A DNA stretch of 63,012 nt, filler included, from Reclinomonas americana ATCC 50394 (taxonomy: Eukaryota), in assembly GCA_048213135.1 (NCBI GenBank). It is 4 parts of one record of this genome, joined end to end, with 100 filler letters (N's around TTAATTAATTAA, not from the genome) between each part and the next. Parts side by side here need not be neighbours in the genome. Positions count along the whole stretch, not along the records: positions 12,744 to 44,313 come from PS015302.1; 3 more parts are not named here. One strand, 5' to 3'. Below the pieces are notes generated by a model. The model did not search any database. It was not told the origin of the DNA and saw only the letters and a list, made by a program, of their open reading frames with translations. The position numbers were made by a program, and so were the translations under genes. The first letter of the stretch is position 1; every line of letters starts with the position of its first letter. Shown here in pieces: positions 24,901 through 37,013 of this stretch.

Positions 24901-27900
24901 CGAGGTCACCGTCACGTGCGGGGTGCTGGTGGACGCGCCGATTTCCACGTTACCGGCAGAGCCACCATACACTCGCAACACATTGGTGACGCCTGGTCGG
25001 CGAATGGTGAAAATCGACTGCGCCGAGGTGCCCAGAATCAGATCCGACGTGTTTGGCGACAACAGTGTGGCGTTGTCCAGGCTCAGAGCGCCGAGGACAA
25101 GTGGATTGACCGGAGCCAGGAAGGTCACCGGGCCGTTGAATGTGGTGTCGGAGAGCACTTGCAGCGGTTTGCCGGACTGACCGACACGTACCTGCATGCA
25201 CAAAGCAGGGACGTCGCCGTGTTAGTATCAACACGCCCACCAGGAGATGCAATCGGCCGAGAGACGCACAGAGCCACTTGATCCACCAACGACCACGTCG
25301 CCGGGAGTCATGCCGCCACCCGCATCGACGTAACTGCGGTACGACGGTGGTGAGTGAGAGAGAGTGAGAGACGAAAATCGACAGTAGGCATTTGACATGA
25401 CGCAACACATCGCCTCCACGTGCACCCGTGGCCGTCTGACCAAGCAACGACGTGCGAGAGCCTGCAGCTCCATCGCTGCGACTCGGACGCCCGAGGATGA
25501 ACGCGTCAGTGTCGCCAAAATTAACCTGATCGCCATAGGGCGCCACCGACAACGCCGACACGGACGACGATGTGGTGATGGTGGCGAGCGAAAGCGCGCT
25601 TTGCATCTACGCTCCACCCCCACAATCAATTGAGTGAACGTGCGATGATTGACGGAGGGAGAGAAATGGGGCGACGCAACCTGGACGGTGCTGCTGCCCG
25701 CAGACAACACCAACGGCAGATCAGGCGAACTGATGCTGAACTGTGATGCCGACATTTGCAGGGTTGCCGTGCTGCTGGTCACGGCAAGCGTGATGCGAGC
25801 GGAGCGCGCTGTTCGCCCACACTACGTATGAGACACAACGCACAACACATAGAGGAGGCGTGAAGTCAAGGCACGCACATGAAAGCTGCGTCTGGAGCGA
25901 CAACAGGCTGTCGTTGTCGGCGGAGAGCACAGACAGCTGATTGACGAAGGAACCGGTGGAGGGGAATGTGATACCACCAGCGGCCGGAATGGTGAGTGCC
26001 GTGATGCCGGCAGACGTGAGAATGCGCAATCCGACAGGATCGGCCACAATGGTGTAATACTCGGAGAGATCCGGTCGCNNNNNNNNNNNNNNNNNNNNNN
26101 NNNNNNNNNNNNNNNNNNNNNNNNNNNNNNNNNNNNNNNNNNNNNNNNNNNNNNNNNNNNNNNNNNNNNNNNNNNNNNNNNNNNNNNNNNNNNNNNNNNN
26201 NNNNNNNNNNNNNNNNNNNNNNNNNNNNNNNNNNNNNNNNNNNNNNNNNNNNNNNNNNNNNNNNNNNNNNNNNNNNNNNNNNNNNNNNNNNNNNNNNNNN
26301 NNNNNNNNNNNNNNNNNNNNNNNNNNNNNNNNNNNNNNNNNNNNNNNNNNNNNNNNNNNNNNNNNNNNNNNNNNNNNNNNNNNNNNNNNNNNNNNNNNNN
26401 NNNNNNNNNNNNNNNNNNNNNNNNNNNNNNNNNNNNNNNNNNNNNNNNNNNNNNNNNNNNNNNNNNNNNNNNNNNNNNNNNNNNNNNNNNNNNNNNNNNN
26501 NNNNNNNNNNNNNNNNNNNNNNNNNNNNNNNNNNNNNNNNNNNNNNNNNNNNNNNNNNNNNNNNNNNNNNNNNNNNNNNNNNNNNNNNNNNNNNNNNNNN
26601 NNNNNNNNNNNNNNNNNNNNNNNNNNNNNNNNNNNNNNNNNNNNNNNNNNNNNNNNNNNNNNNNNNNNNNNNNNNNNNNNNNNNNNNNNNNNNNNNNNNN
26701 NNNNNNNNNNNNGTGCCGAGCACGATTTGCGAGGCCTGTGGTGCAGCGCCTGTGCCCGCCGGCTGCACGATGAACTTGCGCGCAATCACCGTCACATCGC
26801 CGGCATTGGAGGACGACGAGCTCGATCCAGCCTCCAGTACCACCGAGCCGCCGGGATCACCGCCGGCGAGCCGAACCTCGCCGCCAGGTCGCTGCGTCCC
26901 GAGACCACCAGCAATCAGCACGGCGCCGCCCGGTCCCGAAGTCTGTCGTCGCAGTGAGTTGCTCCGCAGACAAAGAATGAAGAAGGAAGGAACAGGATTA
27001 TCCACGCACCGCTTGCTGCCCCACGATGCTCGTCTGTGCGCCAGCGCCGCTTGACCGCTGCGGTCGCAGAATCATAAACTGACCCTGTGTTGTTTCGTCG
27101 CTGCTGTCGCCAAGGACCAGAGCATTGGTGTGCAACTTGGTGACGGTGGCGTTGACGGCGGCCAGTGACGGCAGTGTGGCGCGGGTCGACTGATCGCCGG
27201 TCGCCACACCGATGAGTTCAAAGAGAGTCACCCCGTTCCGCGTGATGGACAGCGAGTCGCCACCGGCCTCGGTCTCGATAACATACTGCGTTGCGCCACT
27301 GCTGGTACTGAGTGATACATACGGCGCCTCCGNNNNNNNNNNNNNNNNNNNNNNNNACGCTGTTGTCGCTTGCACCGCAAGCGCGGGACCCGAGAAGCCC
27401 GCAGATGCCCGTATCGACTCCACATTGGCGACACCTGGCGGAGCGGGGGAAAAGTGAGCCAAAAAAATGACGGAGCCTCGATGATGGACACAACGAAACG
27501 CACCGGTCACACGTAGTGTGCTGGTGGCTCCGTGAAAAATGAGCGCGTAGCCGTTCAGCAGGACGGCGAGTACAAAGTAGAGGATGAGCAGGTGGAGAAC
27601 CACCAGCGTCCACAGCACCGGACGCATCAACAGCACGCGCTCGAGTCCCGAACATCTCCTCGACGTCGGCTTGTTGCCACGCAGCAGCGACGGTGTCGAC
27701 ACATCGCGCACCAACGTCGCCGGCGGCAACATGGTGACCGGCGGCAGTGGCGCCACCTTGTCAACGGGCGACGCCGGGAACGCAATGTTGGTGGACGGGT
27801 GCAACCGCCGCACCACAGTGGTGAAGGCCGGTGTCGGCGAGTGCGCGACCACCGCACCAGCGGCGCTGCCAGTGGCAGGAGCAGAAGGGGGTGATGCGGA

Positions 27901-28093
27901 CGATGATGTCGGACGCACGGGTTCCAGTGCCTGTGTGCCAGCGGCGGTCAACGCCAGCGGCGGTGGCGAGAACGACGCTGGCGGTGGTGGTGGCGGTGGC
28001 GGTGGTGGTGGTGAGCGAGCAGCGACGAGTCGTAATGACGACATGGTGTCGCGCTGACTCGCTTGGCCACGATTATTACCGCCATCACCATCC

Positions 28094-28135
<42 letters not shown>

Positions 28136-28855
28136 CCGTCATCCTCATCGTCAGCACCGCCACGCACGCTGCGGTTCTCTGCGTTNNNNNNNNNNNNNNN
28201 NNNNNNNNNNNNNNNNNNNNNNNNNNNNNNNNNNNNNNNNNNATCTGCTCGCGACGGTGGGCTGTACATGGAGAGCGGCGCCGGCAACTGCATCACAGAG
28301 TGCGGACGACCGTGCGGCTCCACATTGATTACTGTTGGCGCCTGCAAACCGCGACTCGACAGACGCGAGGTGGCTCGTGGCCACATGCCCATCCCGTCAG
28401 CCAGTGGCGACTGCCGTGCGAGAGACGAGGCCAGGTCGACGCCACCCAAAGGCGACACGGCGCTGCTCATGTATGCGTGTGTGGAGAATGTGTCGACGGT
28501 GGGTGGCCGGCGTGTCATCCGCACACGCTCACGCGCAGCCAGCAGATCCTCCAGGGGGAGAGGAGGTGGTGGTGCTGCGGAGGGTGGGAAGGCTGGCCCA
28601 GAGGCACCACCAGGGGTCGCCGACAGCGGCACCAACGACCAGCGGTGATTGACGTGCGGTGTGCTGCCGCTCGTGGGAACCGCCAGTGCACCAGAAAAGT
28701 CGCGCGGAGAGGCTGACCCCGCGGTGCCTACTGCGGGNNNNNNNNNNNNNNNNNNNNNNNNNNNNNNNNNNNNNNNNNNNNNNNNNNNNNNNNNNNNNNN
28801 NNNNNNNNNNNNNTCGCATACCACGCAGTGTCGAGTGAGACGAGGTGTCGCCCAT
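16000..28855 (-). CDS. Giant multi-exon predicted type II membrane protein: low-complexity N-terminus, TM helix, long G/S/T/V beta-repeat fibre, C-terminal Peptidase S74 (ICA) chaperone domain plus coiled coil
   Basis: Minus-strand exons continue across several gaps. Hydrophobic stretch VLWTLVVLHLLILYFVLAVLLNGYALIF at about 27534-27618. About 14 repeats of F-x-x-x-R..G..L-x-GQ..GG-D-(V/L)..AG. C-terminus VPSDMRL|KEDIVPM..LLGLRSVRYRW..LGFVAQEVEMEFPELI..VDYSRMTTIIVQAMRE. Start ATG (28855) and continuity through gaps are inferred. Confidence 0.8.
28092..28135. repeat. (CAT)n microsatellite encoding poly-Asp in the minus-strand giant gene
   Basis: catcatcat.. run, in frame as DDDDDDDDDD in the N-terminal low-complexity region. 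Confidence 0.85.
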
Positions 28856-29032
28856 AATCTCACACGCACGCACACGAAAAGATGACAAATGGCTGATTGG
28901 CAGATGAAATCAGACAGACGCCAAGGGTCTCGTGCATTGCCTGTGCCACTCGCGACGAGTGCACGCGTGCATACACTCAAGTGCGAGAGAGCGTGGGGGG
29001 ATGGAAAGAATAAAAGTCTTGATTGTCGTCGT

Positions 29033-30547
29033 TCATTTGCGCCGCAAGTCACGAAGCGCCGATTTCGAGCGTGCAAACAGCAGCTGCGACGAGGGCGCGT
29101 GAGCTGCAGTGCGTGAGGCCCATTGCGACAAAGAGTCGTGATGCTGCCGGCCGCCGTAGCAGTGCCAGATGGTGACAAACGGCGCCGTCTTCTTGTGCGT
29201 GTCACTCACTCGCTTCTCGCGTGAGCCGGGCGGCGGAATGTAGGTGTACCGCCGACCGGCGGCCGGCACCAGATAAAAGGGGAACTGGGTGCGCGCCACT
29301 GCATCCTCATAGTAGTCCTTCTTGTGCATAAAATTGGGCGCAAGGAGGAACCAAGGACGACTTGATTGGCTGCAGAATCGAGCGATGCGCTGCAAGTGAT
29401 CTCCGCTGTATGGCTGCAGCTCTCATCGTCAGCGCCGTCGACAGCAGCAGGATGCACCAGGACGAAAAACACCAGACGCAACTGGGTTCGTCAGCAGCAC
29501 GTCGTACTCCTCCACATCGCCATTCTCCCACTTGGCGTAGCAGTCCTCGTTTCGATTGTAGACGTTGGCGAAGCCGAGAGCGGCCATGCGCTGTACCACG
29601 CCACCGGCGCAGTAATACGGGTCTGTGGGCCACAGACGTGGTCAGCAATACGTAGCCAGACAGGTTGGACATCGCAACCACCTACCATAAATCCGCAGCT
29701 GACTCGGCGTCTTGCCCAGCATGGCGGCCAGCTGGCGCAACACCGGAGCAATGTCCTCGTACGCCTCTGGCGGTGTTTCGCAGTGGTCATCCTCGTCGAC
29801 CTCGAATGCATACGCCACAGCAGCTGCTGATGCTACAGCTGTTGTCGTTGTTGTTGTCGTGGTTGTTGTGGTGCTCTCCTCCGTNNNNNNNNNNNNNNNN
29901 NNNNNNNNNNNNNNNNNNNNNNNNNNNNNNNNNNNNNNNNNNNNNNNNNNNNNNNNNNNNNNNNNNNNNNNNNNNNNNNNNNNNNNNNNNNNNNNNNNNN
30001 NNNNNNNNNNNNNNNNNNNNNNNNNNNNNNNNNNNNNNNNNNNNNNNNNNNNNNNNNNNNNNNNNNNNNNNNNNNNNNNNNNNNNNNNNNNNNNNNNNNN
30101 NNNNNNNNNNNNNNNNNNNNNNNNNNNNNNNNNNNNNNNNNNNNNNNNNNNNNNNNNNNNNNNNNNNNNNNNNNNNNNNNNNNNNNNNNNNNNNNNNNNN
30201 NNNNNNNNNNNNGTTTCCCTTGTTCTTCTTCTTCTTCTTCTTCTTGCTCTTCTCCTGTGACGCCTCTTGCGCTGGGGCTGGTGGCTGCGGTTTCTGTTGC
30301 TCCTTCTTTTGCTTGCGCTTGAGTCGCTTCTTCTCCGCTCGATTCAGTCTCTGCGCAAAAGCATGCACGTGAGACGCATGCACACACACATGCACACACA
30401 CACATGCACACACACACACTCACTCACCTTCTTCAATGGAGGTGCTTCGTCATCGACGTCATCTTCTCGCTCACGTTTTCTGCTCTGCTTCTCGTCGGCA
30501 GGCTCTCCGTTTTTCGATTTCTTCGCCTTTCTCTCTGTCTCACTCAT
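29033..30547 (-). CDS. Putative N6-adenine (amino) methyltransferase with a Lys-rich N-terminus
   Basis: Spliced product: DDHCETPPEAYEDIAP..LRIY|DPYYCAG..GFANVYNRNED..DVLLTNP|PYSGDHL..RPWFLLAPNF..RYTYIPP..KTAPF..W. DPY-type motif I and NPPY motif IV are present. ATG at 30547; one internal gap. Confidence 0.8.
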
Positions 30548-30888
30548 CACGACGCGTAGCGACTTGGAGTAGAGTGGGACAGAGAGTGCATGAAACAGGA
30601 CGACGTGCATGCATTGGCCACAGATGAATCTGATGAGCAAGAGAAATCGGTTTTTTTGCTTAAGGGTTGTTGGAGAGCGGGACTGTGTGCGCGTGTGTCT
30701 GCGAGTGTTGTGCGTGTACGAGCTGCTCGAGTGTAGAGCACCGCATTTGATCGCCAGCCGCAGCGTGCTCGTCATCTTGCCGTGTCGTAGTGTGATCGAC
30801 AACAAGTTGTTCGCTTTTCCTCCTACACGAGAATCTCTGGATCGTGTGTCGACGCCCATCGTCGACGATGCGAACGTTACGAGGCGAG

Positions 30889-33800
30889 ATGCGAGTGCCG
30901 CTGTTCTGCGTTGTACTGCTACCGGTGCTGCTGTTGTTGCTGTGCGCAAGTGCAGTTGGTACGTGTCACACTTTTGCCTCGCGCGAAAGAGAGCAGTGAA
31001 TTGCCGTGCCCGTCATCTGACTTGCATGTGTGTGTCATAGTGCGGGCCGATGAGTTTGTGGTGCGCCACGCCCATTGCTCACGACAGCTGACGCTGTCGA
31101 CGACCACGATTTTCGCACCGGCGGCACTGTGTGCCGAATTGCATGACGCCGAGACGGTGGTGGACTACTCTGTTTCGTTTACCATGAAGAAGCCGACTGG
31201 TCCGCTCTACGTGCGCGTCCATCACCTGACGACGGAGACGAGTTTGAGCGCGTCGGCCCACCTCGACGGTCGTCCAGTGCCGGTGCAGATCTCGGGTGAG
31301 TTTTCGACATTCTTCGTGCCGGCCGGAACGTCGACAGTGGCGATTGAGGCCACTGCCTCGCTTGTGCGCATCGAGTACCAGAGCGCCAACGCACGGAACA
31401 CCAATGCGGAGTGGAGCAACGCTGCCGAACTGGTGGCGACGACGATTGTGACCACGGGCGCGATGGAGTGCGACCCGCTGACCACATGCTCCGGCGGTGG
31501 CACATGCAACACCGACGGCACATGTGCATGCTTCTCTGGCTTTGGTGGCGCCAACTGTGCGTGCAATCCGTCGGTGACGTGCCGCGGGCACGGTCGTTGC
31601 AACGCCGACGGAACGTGCCAGTGCTTCCCCAACTGGAAGGGAGGTGTGTAGTGTGTGCGCACCGTGCACCCGCAGCGCAGCGTTGAAGGAAGACACTGAG
31701 TCGCGCGCCTGCACAGATCAATGCGCTTCGTGCAACACGGACTGGTTCGGAGCCGAGTGTTCGCGCTACTGCAACGCGTCACAGACCTGGTACGTACGTC
31801 GTGCGCATCATGCATGCAGTGGGTGAGGTGTTGAGACAGACCACTGACCACTTGAGAACTTGCTTGTCGACGTCAGCCGTGGCAATGGATCCTGCAGTGC
31901 CGGCGACGGTGCATGCCTCTGCTTTGCTGGCTTTGGAGGATCGAACTGTGCGTGTGCCAAGTCCACCTGCGGCAACTATGCCATTTGTGATCCGACTGGT
32001 GTTCTCGGCGAGTGTGTGTGCCCGGCCGGCTTCGGCGGACCTGCGTGCACATGCTCCAACGCAATCAACTGCAACGGCAACGGCTCGTGTCGTGCCGACG
32101 GCACCTGCCAGTGTGATGCAGGTGCTGGCGGTCCGAACTGTGCGTGTCGCGATGTCGTCGACTGCAGTGGACACGGTGCGTGCCAAGCCAATGGTTCGTG
32201 CTTGTGTGCACAACCGTTTGGAGGCAAGAGCTGCGCCTGCGACGAGAGCAAGTGGTGAGTGATATTTGAAAACCCCCCATTTTTTCGTATATGTCGCTGA
32301 GCAACACTCGCCGCCTGTTGCAGCACACCGGGTCGCAGCACCTGCGACAAGAACTCCACCGACGGCTCATGCTCGTGTTTGCCTGGCTGGTTCGGTGCGG
32401 ACTGCCAGTGCGATCCCAACACGTGTGGCAAGTCGGCCGGTCGTGGAGACTGCGCAGCCAAGGGCACGAGTGGCGCATGCGCGTGCGCCGCTGGATTCGG
32501 TGGGCCTGGTTGCCAGTGCTCAGACGCGGTGAACTGCTCCGGCAATGGCACCTGCAATGCTGACGGCACCTGCACCTGCAAGGCTGGCTTTGGTGGCAAG
32601 GACTGCAGTTGTGTCGAGTCGTCGTGCTCGGCCGCCGGACACGGTCGCTGTGATCCGAACAGCACCACTGCGGCGTGCTTGTGTGACAACGGCTTTGCCG
32701 GTCTGCATTGCTCATGCTCACAAGCCAGCTGCGGCTACAACAGCAATCCTGCCGTCTCGCGTGGTTCCTGCGATCCGACCAGTGGCAGCGGTGCGTGCCA
32801 GTGTGCGGCTGGGTGGGGTGGGCGGAACTGTTCATGTTTGGAGTCCGGATGCGGTCATGGTAAGTGCAATCCATCCGCATCCGACGGCTCGTGCCTGTGC
32901 GATGCACCGTACACGGGTGCCGACTGCAGCTGCAATTCGACCACCGACTGGTGAGGGGAGAGAGAGTGAGAAGCCGCAGCGTGTGATGATTGTTTGTTGA
33001 ATTCTACTTTGCTCGCTGTACAGCTCGGTGACTCTCGGTCAGGGGCAGTGCGACAGCAGTGGGCTGCGCGGCGCTTGTGTGTGCGGCATTGGTTTTGATG
33101 GCCTCCATTGCTCATGTCGCAATGCCGACTGCAAGAACAGCACCTTCTGCGATCCGTCGGCAAGTGACGGTAGCTGCCTGTGCTCGGACTCATTTGTGGG
33201 CAAGGATTGCGGCTGCGACGGAGCTGTCGACTGGTGAGTGAGAGTTCTGCAGGCGACTTCGTGTGGACGTAGGCTCACCACAGCGCGCACACACACTTGC
33301 AGCAATGTGAGCAACAACGGCGTGAAGCAGGGTTCGTGCGACGCTCATGGAACCAACGGTCAGTGCGCATGCGAGAACGGCTGGGTCGGCAGCACGTGTC
33401 AGGTGGCCTGCAATGCTGCCACCGACTGTTCCGGTAACGGGACGTGCAACCCCGACGGCTCATGCACGTGCTTTGAGGGTTTCGGCGGCCTGAACTGCGC
33501 GTGCGACAGTCGTCACTGCAGTGCGATTTCGTCGCGCAGTCAGTGCAACGCGCTGGCCACCGATGGCTCGTGCATCTGCGAGGCTCCGTGGAGTGGTGCC
33601 GACTGTCAGTGCAACTCGCAGTCTGCCTGCTCGACTGCCCTCGGTCACGGCCAGTGCGACCCGCACGGTACGAATGGCGCGTGCGTGTGCGAGCCAATGT
33701 GGGGTGGTCGCGACTGTTCGTGCTCTGAGTTGCGAAGAAGAAGAAGAACAGCATCGCAGCGGTCAGCTGTAGTGCACTTGTGAATCTCACCACTGCCTGT

Positions 33801-36778
33801 GAGAACATACAGAACCTCGTGTGGCTTCCCGTCGCGTGGTTCGTGCGATCCGCTGGCCACCGCTTCAAGCTCTTCGCAGTGCATTTGTGCGGGAAACTAC
33901 ACCGGTCGTGACTGTGGCTGCGATGCGGCTGCTGACTGCGGTATTGCGAATGGTCGCGGAGAGTGCGATGCCAGTGGTGTGAACGGCAAGTGCGCGTGTC
34001 ACGGAGGATTTGGTGGCCAGAACTGTGCCTGCACCGAGTCTGTGTGCGGTGCCGACAGCGGGCAAGGCAAGTGCAACCCGACCGCCACAGACGGCTCGTG
34101 TGCCTGCATGGCACCGTGGACTGGCCTCGACTGTGCGTGCAACATGGCCTCGGACTGCGGCGTCGGCGATGGTGAGCGTGACTGCAAGGGACAGCACTGC
34201 GCGCTTGTGAGAAACTGACAGCTAGTGGTCTCTCGCAGATCGCGGGCGCTGCAACACTGCAAGCACCGAAGGCCGATGCATCTGCAACAGTGGTTTTGGA
34301 GGCCGTCAGTGCGACTGTCTGCATTCTTCGTGCAATCAGCCGAACGGCATGTGCGATCCGGAGTCGTTCACCGGTGCCTGCGTCTGCAATTCACCTTGGT
34401 GCGCTACACAACAACGATCCGTCGTGTACCATGCACTTGCAGTGCACTCACACGTGTTACAGGACTGGTGCCGACTGTTTGTGTGACTCTCAGTCATTCT
34501 GCAACGTCAGCAGTGGCCAGGTACGGCACCAAAGAATAGACGCGAGCAGCCTTTTGTGCAGAGGAGCTGTTGCTGATTGACGTGAGTGCTGCTACAACAG
34601 GGTTCGTGTGCAACGAACGGCACGCACGGAAGCTGCACATGTGCTGCCGGTTGGCTCGGCGCCACCTGCTCCGACGTGTGCTACTCGGACACGTACTGCT
34701 CGGGTCGCGGAACGTGTGGTGCGAACTCCACGTGCACGTGCAACGCGTCGTGGACCGGCAACGCCACATGTTCAGAGTGCACGCCCGGCAAGTACGGAGC
34801 CAGTTGTGATGAGTCATGCGCAGTGTGCGACACTGCTGGCACAGAGCGGTGTTCCGACGGCACTGCTGGAACCGGTTGCGTGTGTCGTGCCACATTTACA
34901 GCGGCGACGTGCGACACTTGCGTGGCGGGTAGCTTTGGTGTCTCGTGCACACCGTGCGCGTCGTGCGTGGCCAGCAATACCACCAGCTGCGATAGCGGGC
35001 GCACTGGGCGGGGCTGCCAGTGCAAGGCTGGTGCCGCCGGTCCGCTGTGCCAATACACCGACATTGCCACGTGCAACGGCCGTGGTGCGGCGCAGGCCGA
35101 CGGCTCGTGCATCTGCTCGGGTAACTTTGCTGGTGCCTCATGCACCGAGTGTGCCAAGGGCTACTTTGGCGCCAGCTGCAACAGCGCTTGTGTCACATGG
35201 TCTGTTGGCAGTGGCGACGCATGTATGTAGTTGACGTCGCACTCATATCCTCCTCCACCACCACCACCATCACCACCACTATAGCACGCTAAACAACACA
35301 CTCCAGTGCGAGGACGGCATCAGTGGCCGTGGATGTGTGTGCCAGGCAGGCACAGCCGGATCTCGGTGCCAGTACACGGATGCGCAGACATGCAGCGGTC
35401 ATGGCGTGGCACAAACTGATGGTTCGTGTCGGTGCGACTCACGCTGGCAGGGTGCCGCGTGCTCGGAGTGTGCCGTCGGCTACTTTGGCGCCGACTGCTC
35501 CAGTTCATGTGCCTTGTGGTGCGCTTCGCGTGTTCTTCCTCCTTTGCTTCTGTGTTCACACAATTTTTGCCAACGCCACGTCCCTGTTCTCCTCCTCCAG
35601 CACGGCTGAAAACACGGCATCATGCAGTTCGGGTCTTACCGGCACCGGCTGCATCTGCAACGCCGGCGCCGTCGGTTCGCTTTGCGAATTCTCCGACGCG
35701 GTGACGTGCTCTGGACACGGCACAGCGCAGACCAATGGCACTTGCCTGTGTGCGACGCCCTGGAGTGGTACTGCGGCCGACTGTTCCAAGTGCGCCGCTG
35801 GTCTCTTTGGCAAGACTTGCACCGATTCGTGCACCTCGTGCTTCGCCAACGGCACCACGTCCTGCCTCTCCGGCACCACTGGCTCGTGCGTGTGTCGCAC
35901 TGGATTCGCCGGCAAGTTCTGCGACGATTGCACCACTGGTCGCTTCGGCAGCGACTGCTCTGGCACTTGCAGCGCGTGGTGAGTGAGAGAGAGAGAGAGA
36001 CTGTCGACACCCACGTGGTGTGATGCTTACGCCCTTGCACACAAACGCACACATACACAGCAACACGGAAAACAGTACAACGTGCGACTCGGGTCGTGCT
36101 GGCGGCTGCCGCTGCCGCAGCGGCACTGCCGGTCCTCTGTGTCAGTATTCGAACGAAAGCACGTGCTCAGGGCACGGAGTGGCGCAATACGATGGCTCAT
36201 GCATCTGCGATGCGGCGTGGAACGGCAATGCGTCGTGCAGCGAGTGCACCGTCGGCTTCTTTGGCAGCACGTGCCAGAACAAGTGCTCACAGTGCGACAG
36301 CACCGGAACTGCATCCTGTGCGTCGGGCACATCAGCAACAGCCGGCTGCAAGTGCGCTACGGGCTTTGCTGGCCTCCTGTGCAGCGACTGCGCGGCTGGC
36401 CGATTCGGGGCACAGTGCCAGAGTCGTTGCGCCGATTGTGAAGCGCAGGGTACGCAGTCGTGTTCCGCGGGTCGCCAAGGCTCCGGGTGCGTGTGCAAGG
36501 CCAACGTGTTCGGCGCCAGCTGCGATCAGTGCGCCCCGACACAGCCGCTGTCGTGCACCTCGGCCAACAACGGCTCATGCAATCCAGCCACCAACAAGTG
36601 CGACTGCTACCCAGGAGTCGGCGGTGCATTCTGCCAGTGTCGTCCGGTCGAGACCTGCAACGGCAAGGGCGTGTGTGCTATTGACGGCTCATGCGTCTGC
36701 CACTTCCCGTACGCCGGCGCCAACTGCACGGATTGTCTGCCAGGGTACAGTGGTCCCAGTTGCACCAAGGTGCAATAG
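30889..36778 (+). CDS. Secreted protein: signal peptide, N-terminal beta-rich domain, then roughly 35-40 EGF-like (tenascin/laminin-type) repeats
   Basis: MRVPLFCVVLLPVLLLLLCASAVVRA, then repeated CSGxGxCxxDGxCxCxxG(F/W)xGxxC units. Stop TAG at 36776-36778 with no C-terminal TM or obvious GPI signal. Repeat count is approximate. Confidence 0.88.
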
Positions 36779-37013
36779 GAGGAGAGAGGGAGATACGATT
36801 TGTTAAGCGTTTATAGAGAGGGACTGACTGATAAGTGACGATGATGGAGAGACCGTCTGTGTATGTTATTACGCAATGGTGGACAGATAGAGGTAGTAGA
36901 AGTAGTAGATAGATAGATGAATGATATGTAGGGTTTTTGATCAAGTGTACCATTTTGTCAACAAACAAAGTCAATAATCATCTACGTGTTGTTTTTTCAT
37001 TGTTTTGTTTAGT

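Noticed and set aside
16000..27330. Prophage, endogenous giant virus or bacterial contamination as the source of the tail-fibre/S74 sequence
   Set aside because: The gene has dozens of host-style spliceosomal introns, host-like composition and ordinary eukaryotic neighbours, and no capsid, integrase, polymerase or terminal repeats are visible. An ancient horizontal origin remains possible.
31640..35980. Apparent premature stops after Trp codons in the EGF gene, suggesting a pseudogene or alternative genetic code
   Set aside because: Each is a phase-2 intron splitting a Cys codon (TG|gt..ag|C); the spliced frame is open under the standard code.
31460..36770. Regularly spaced TGC-rich repeats as a CRISPR-like or DNA-level array
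   Set aside because: The periodicity is protein-level (Cys/Gly codons of EGF repeats) with no identical nucleotide repeats or spacers.
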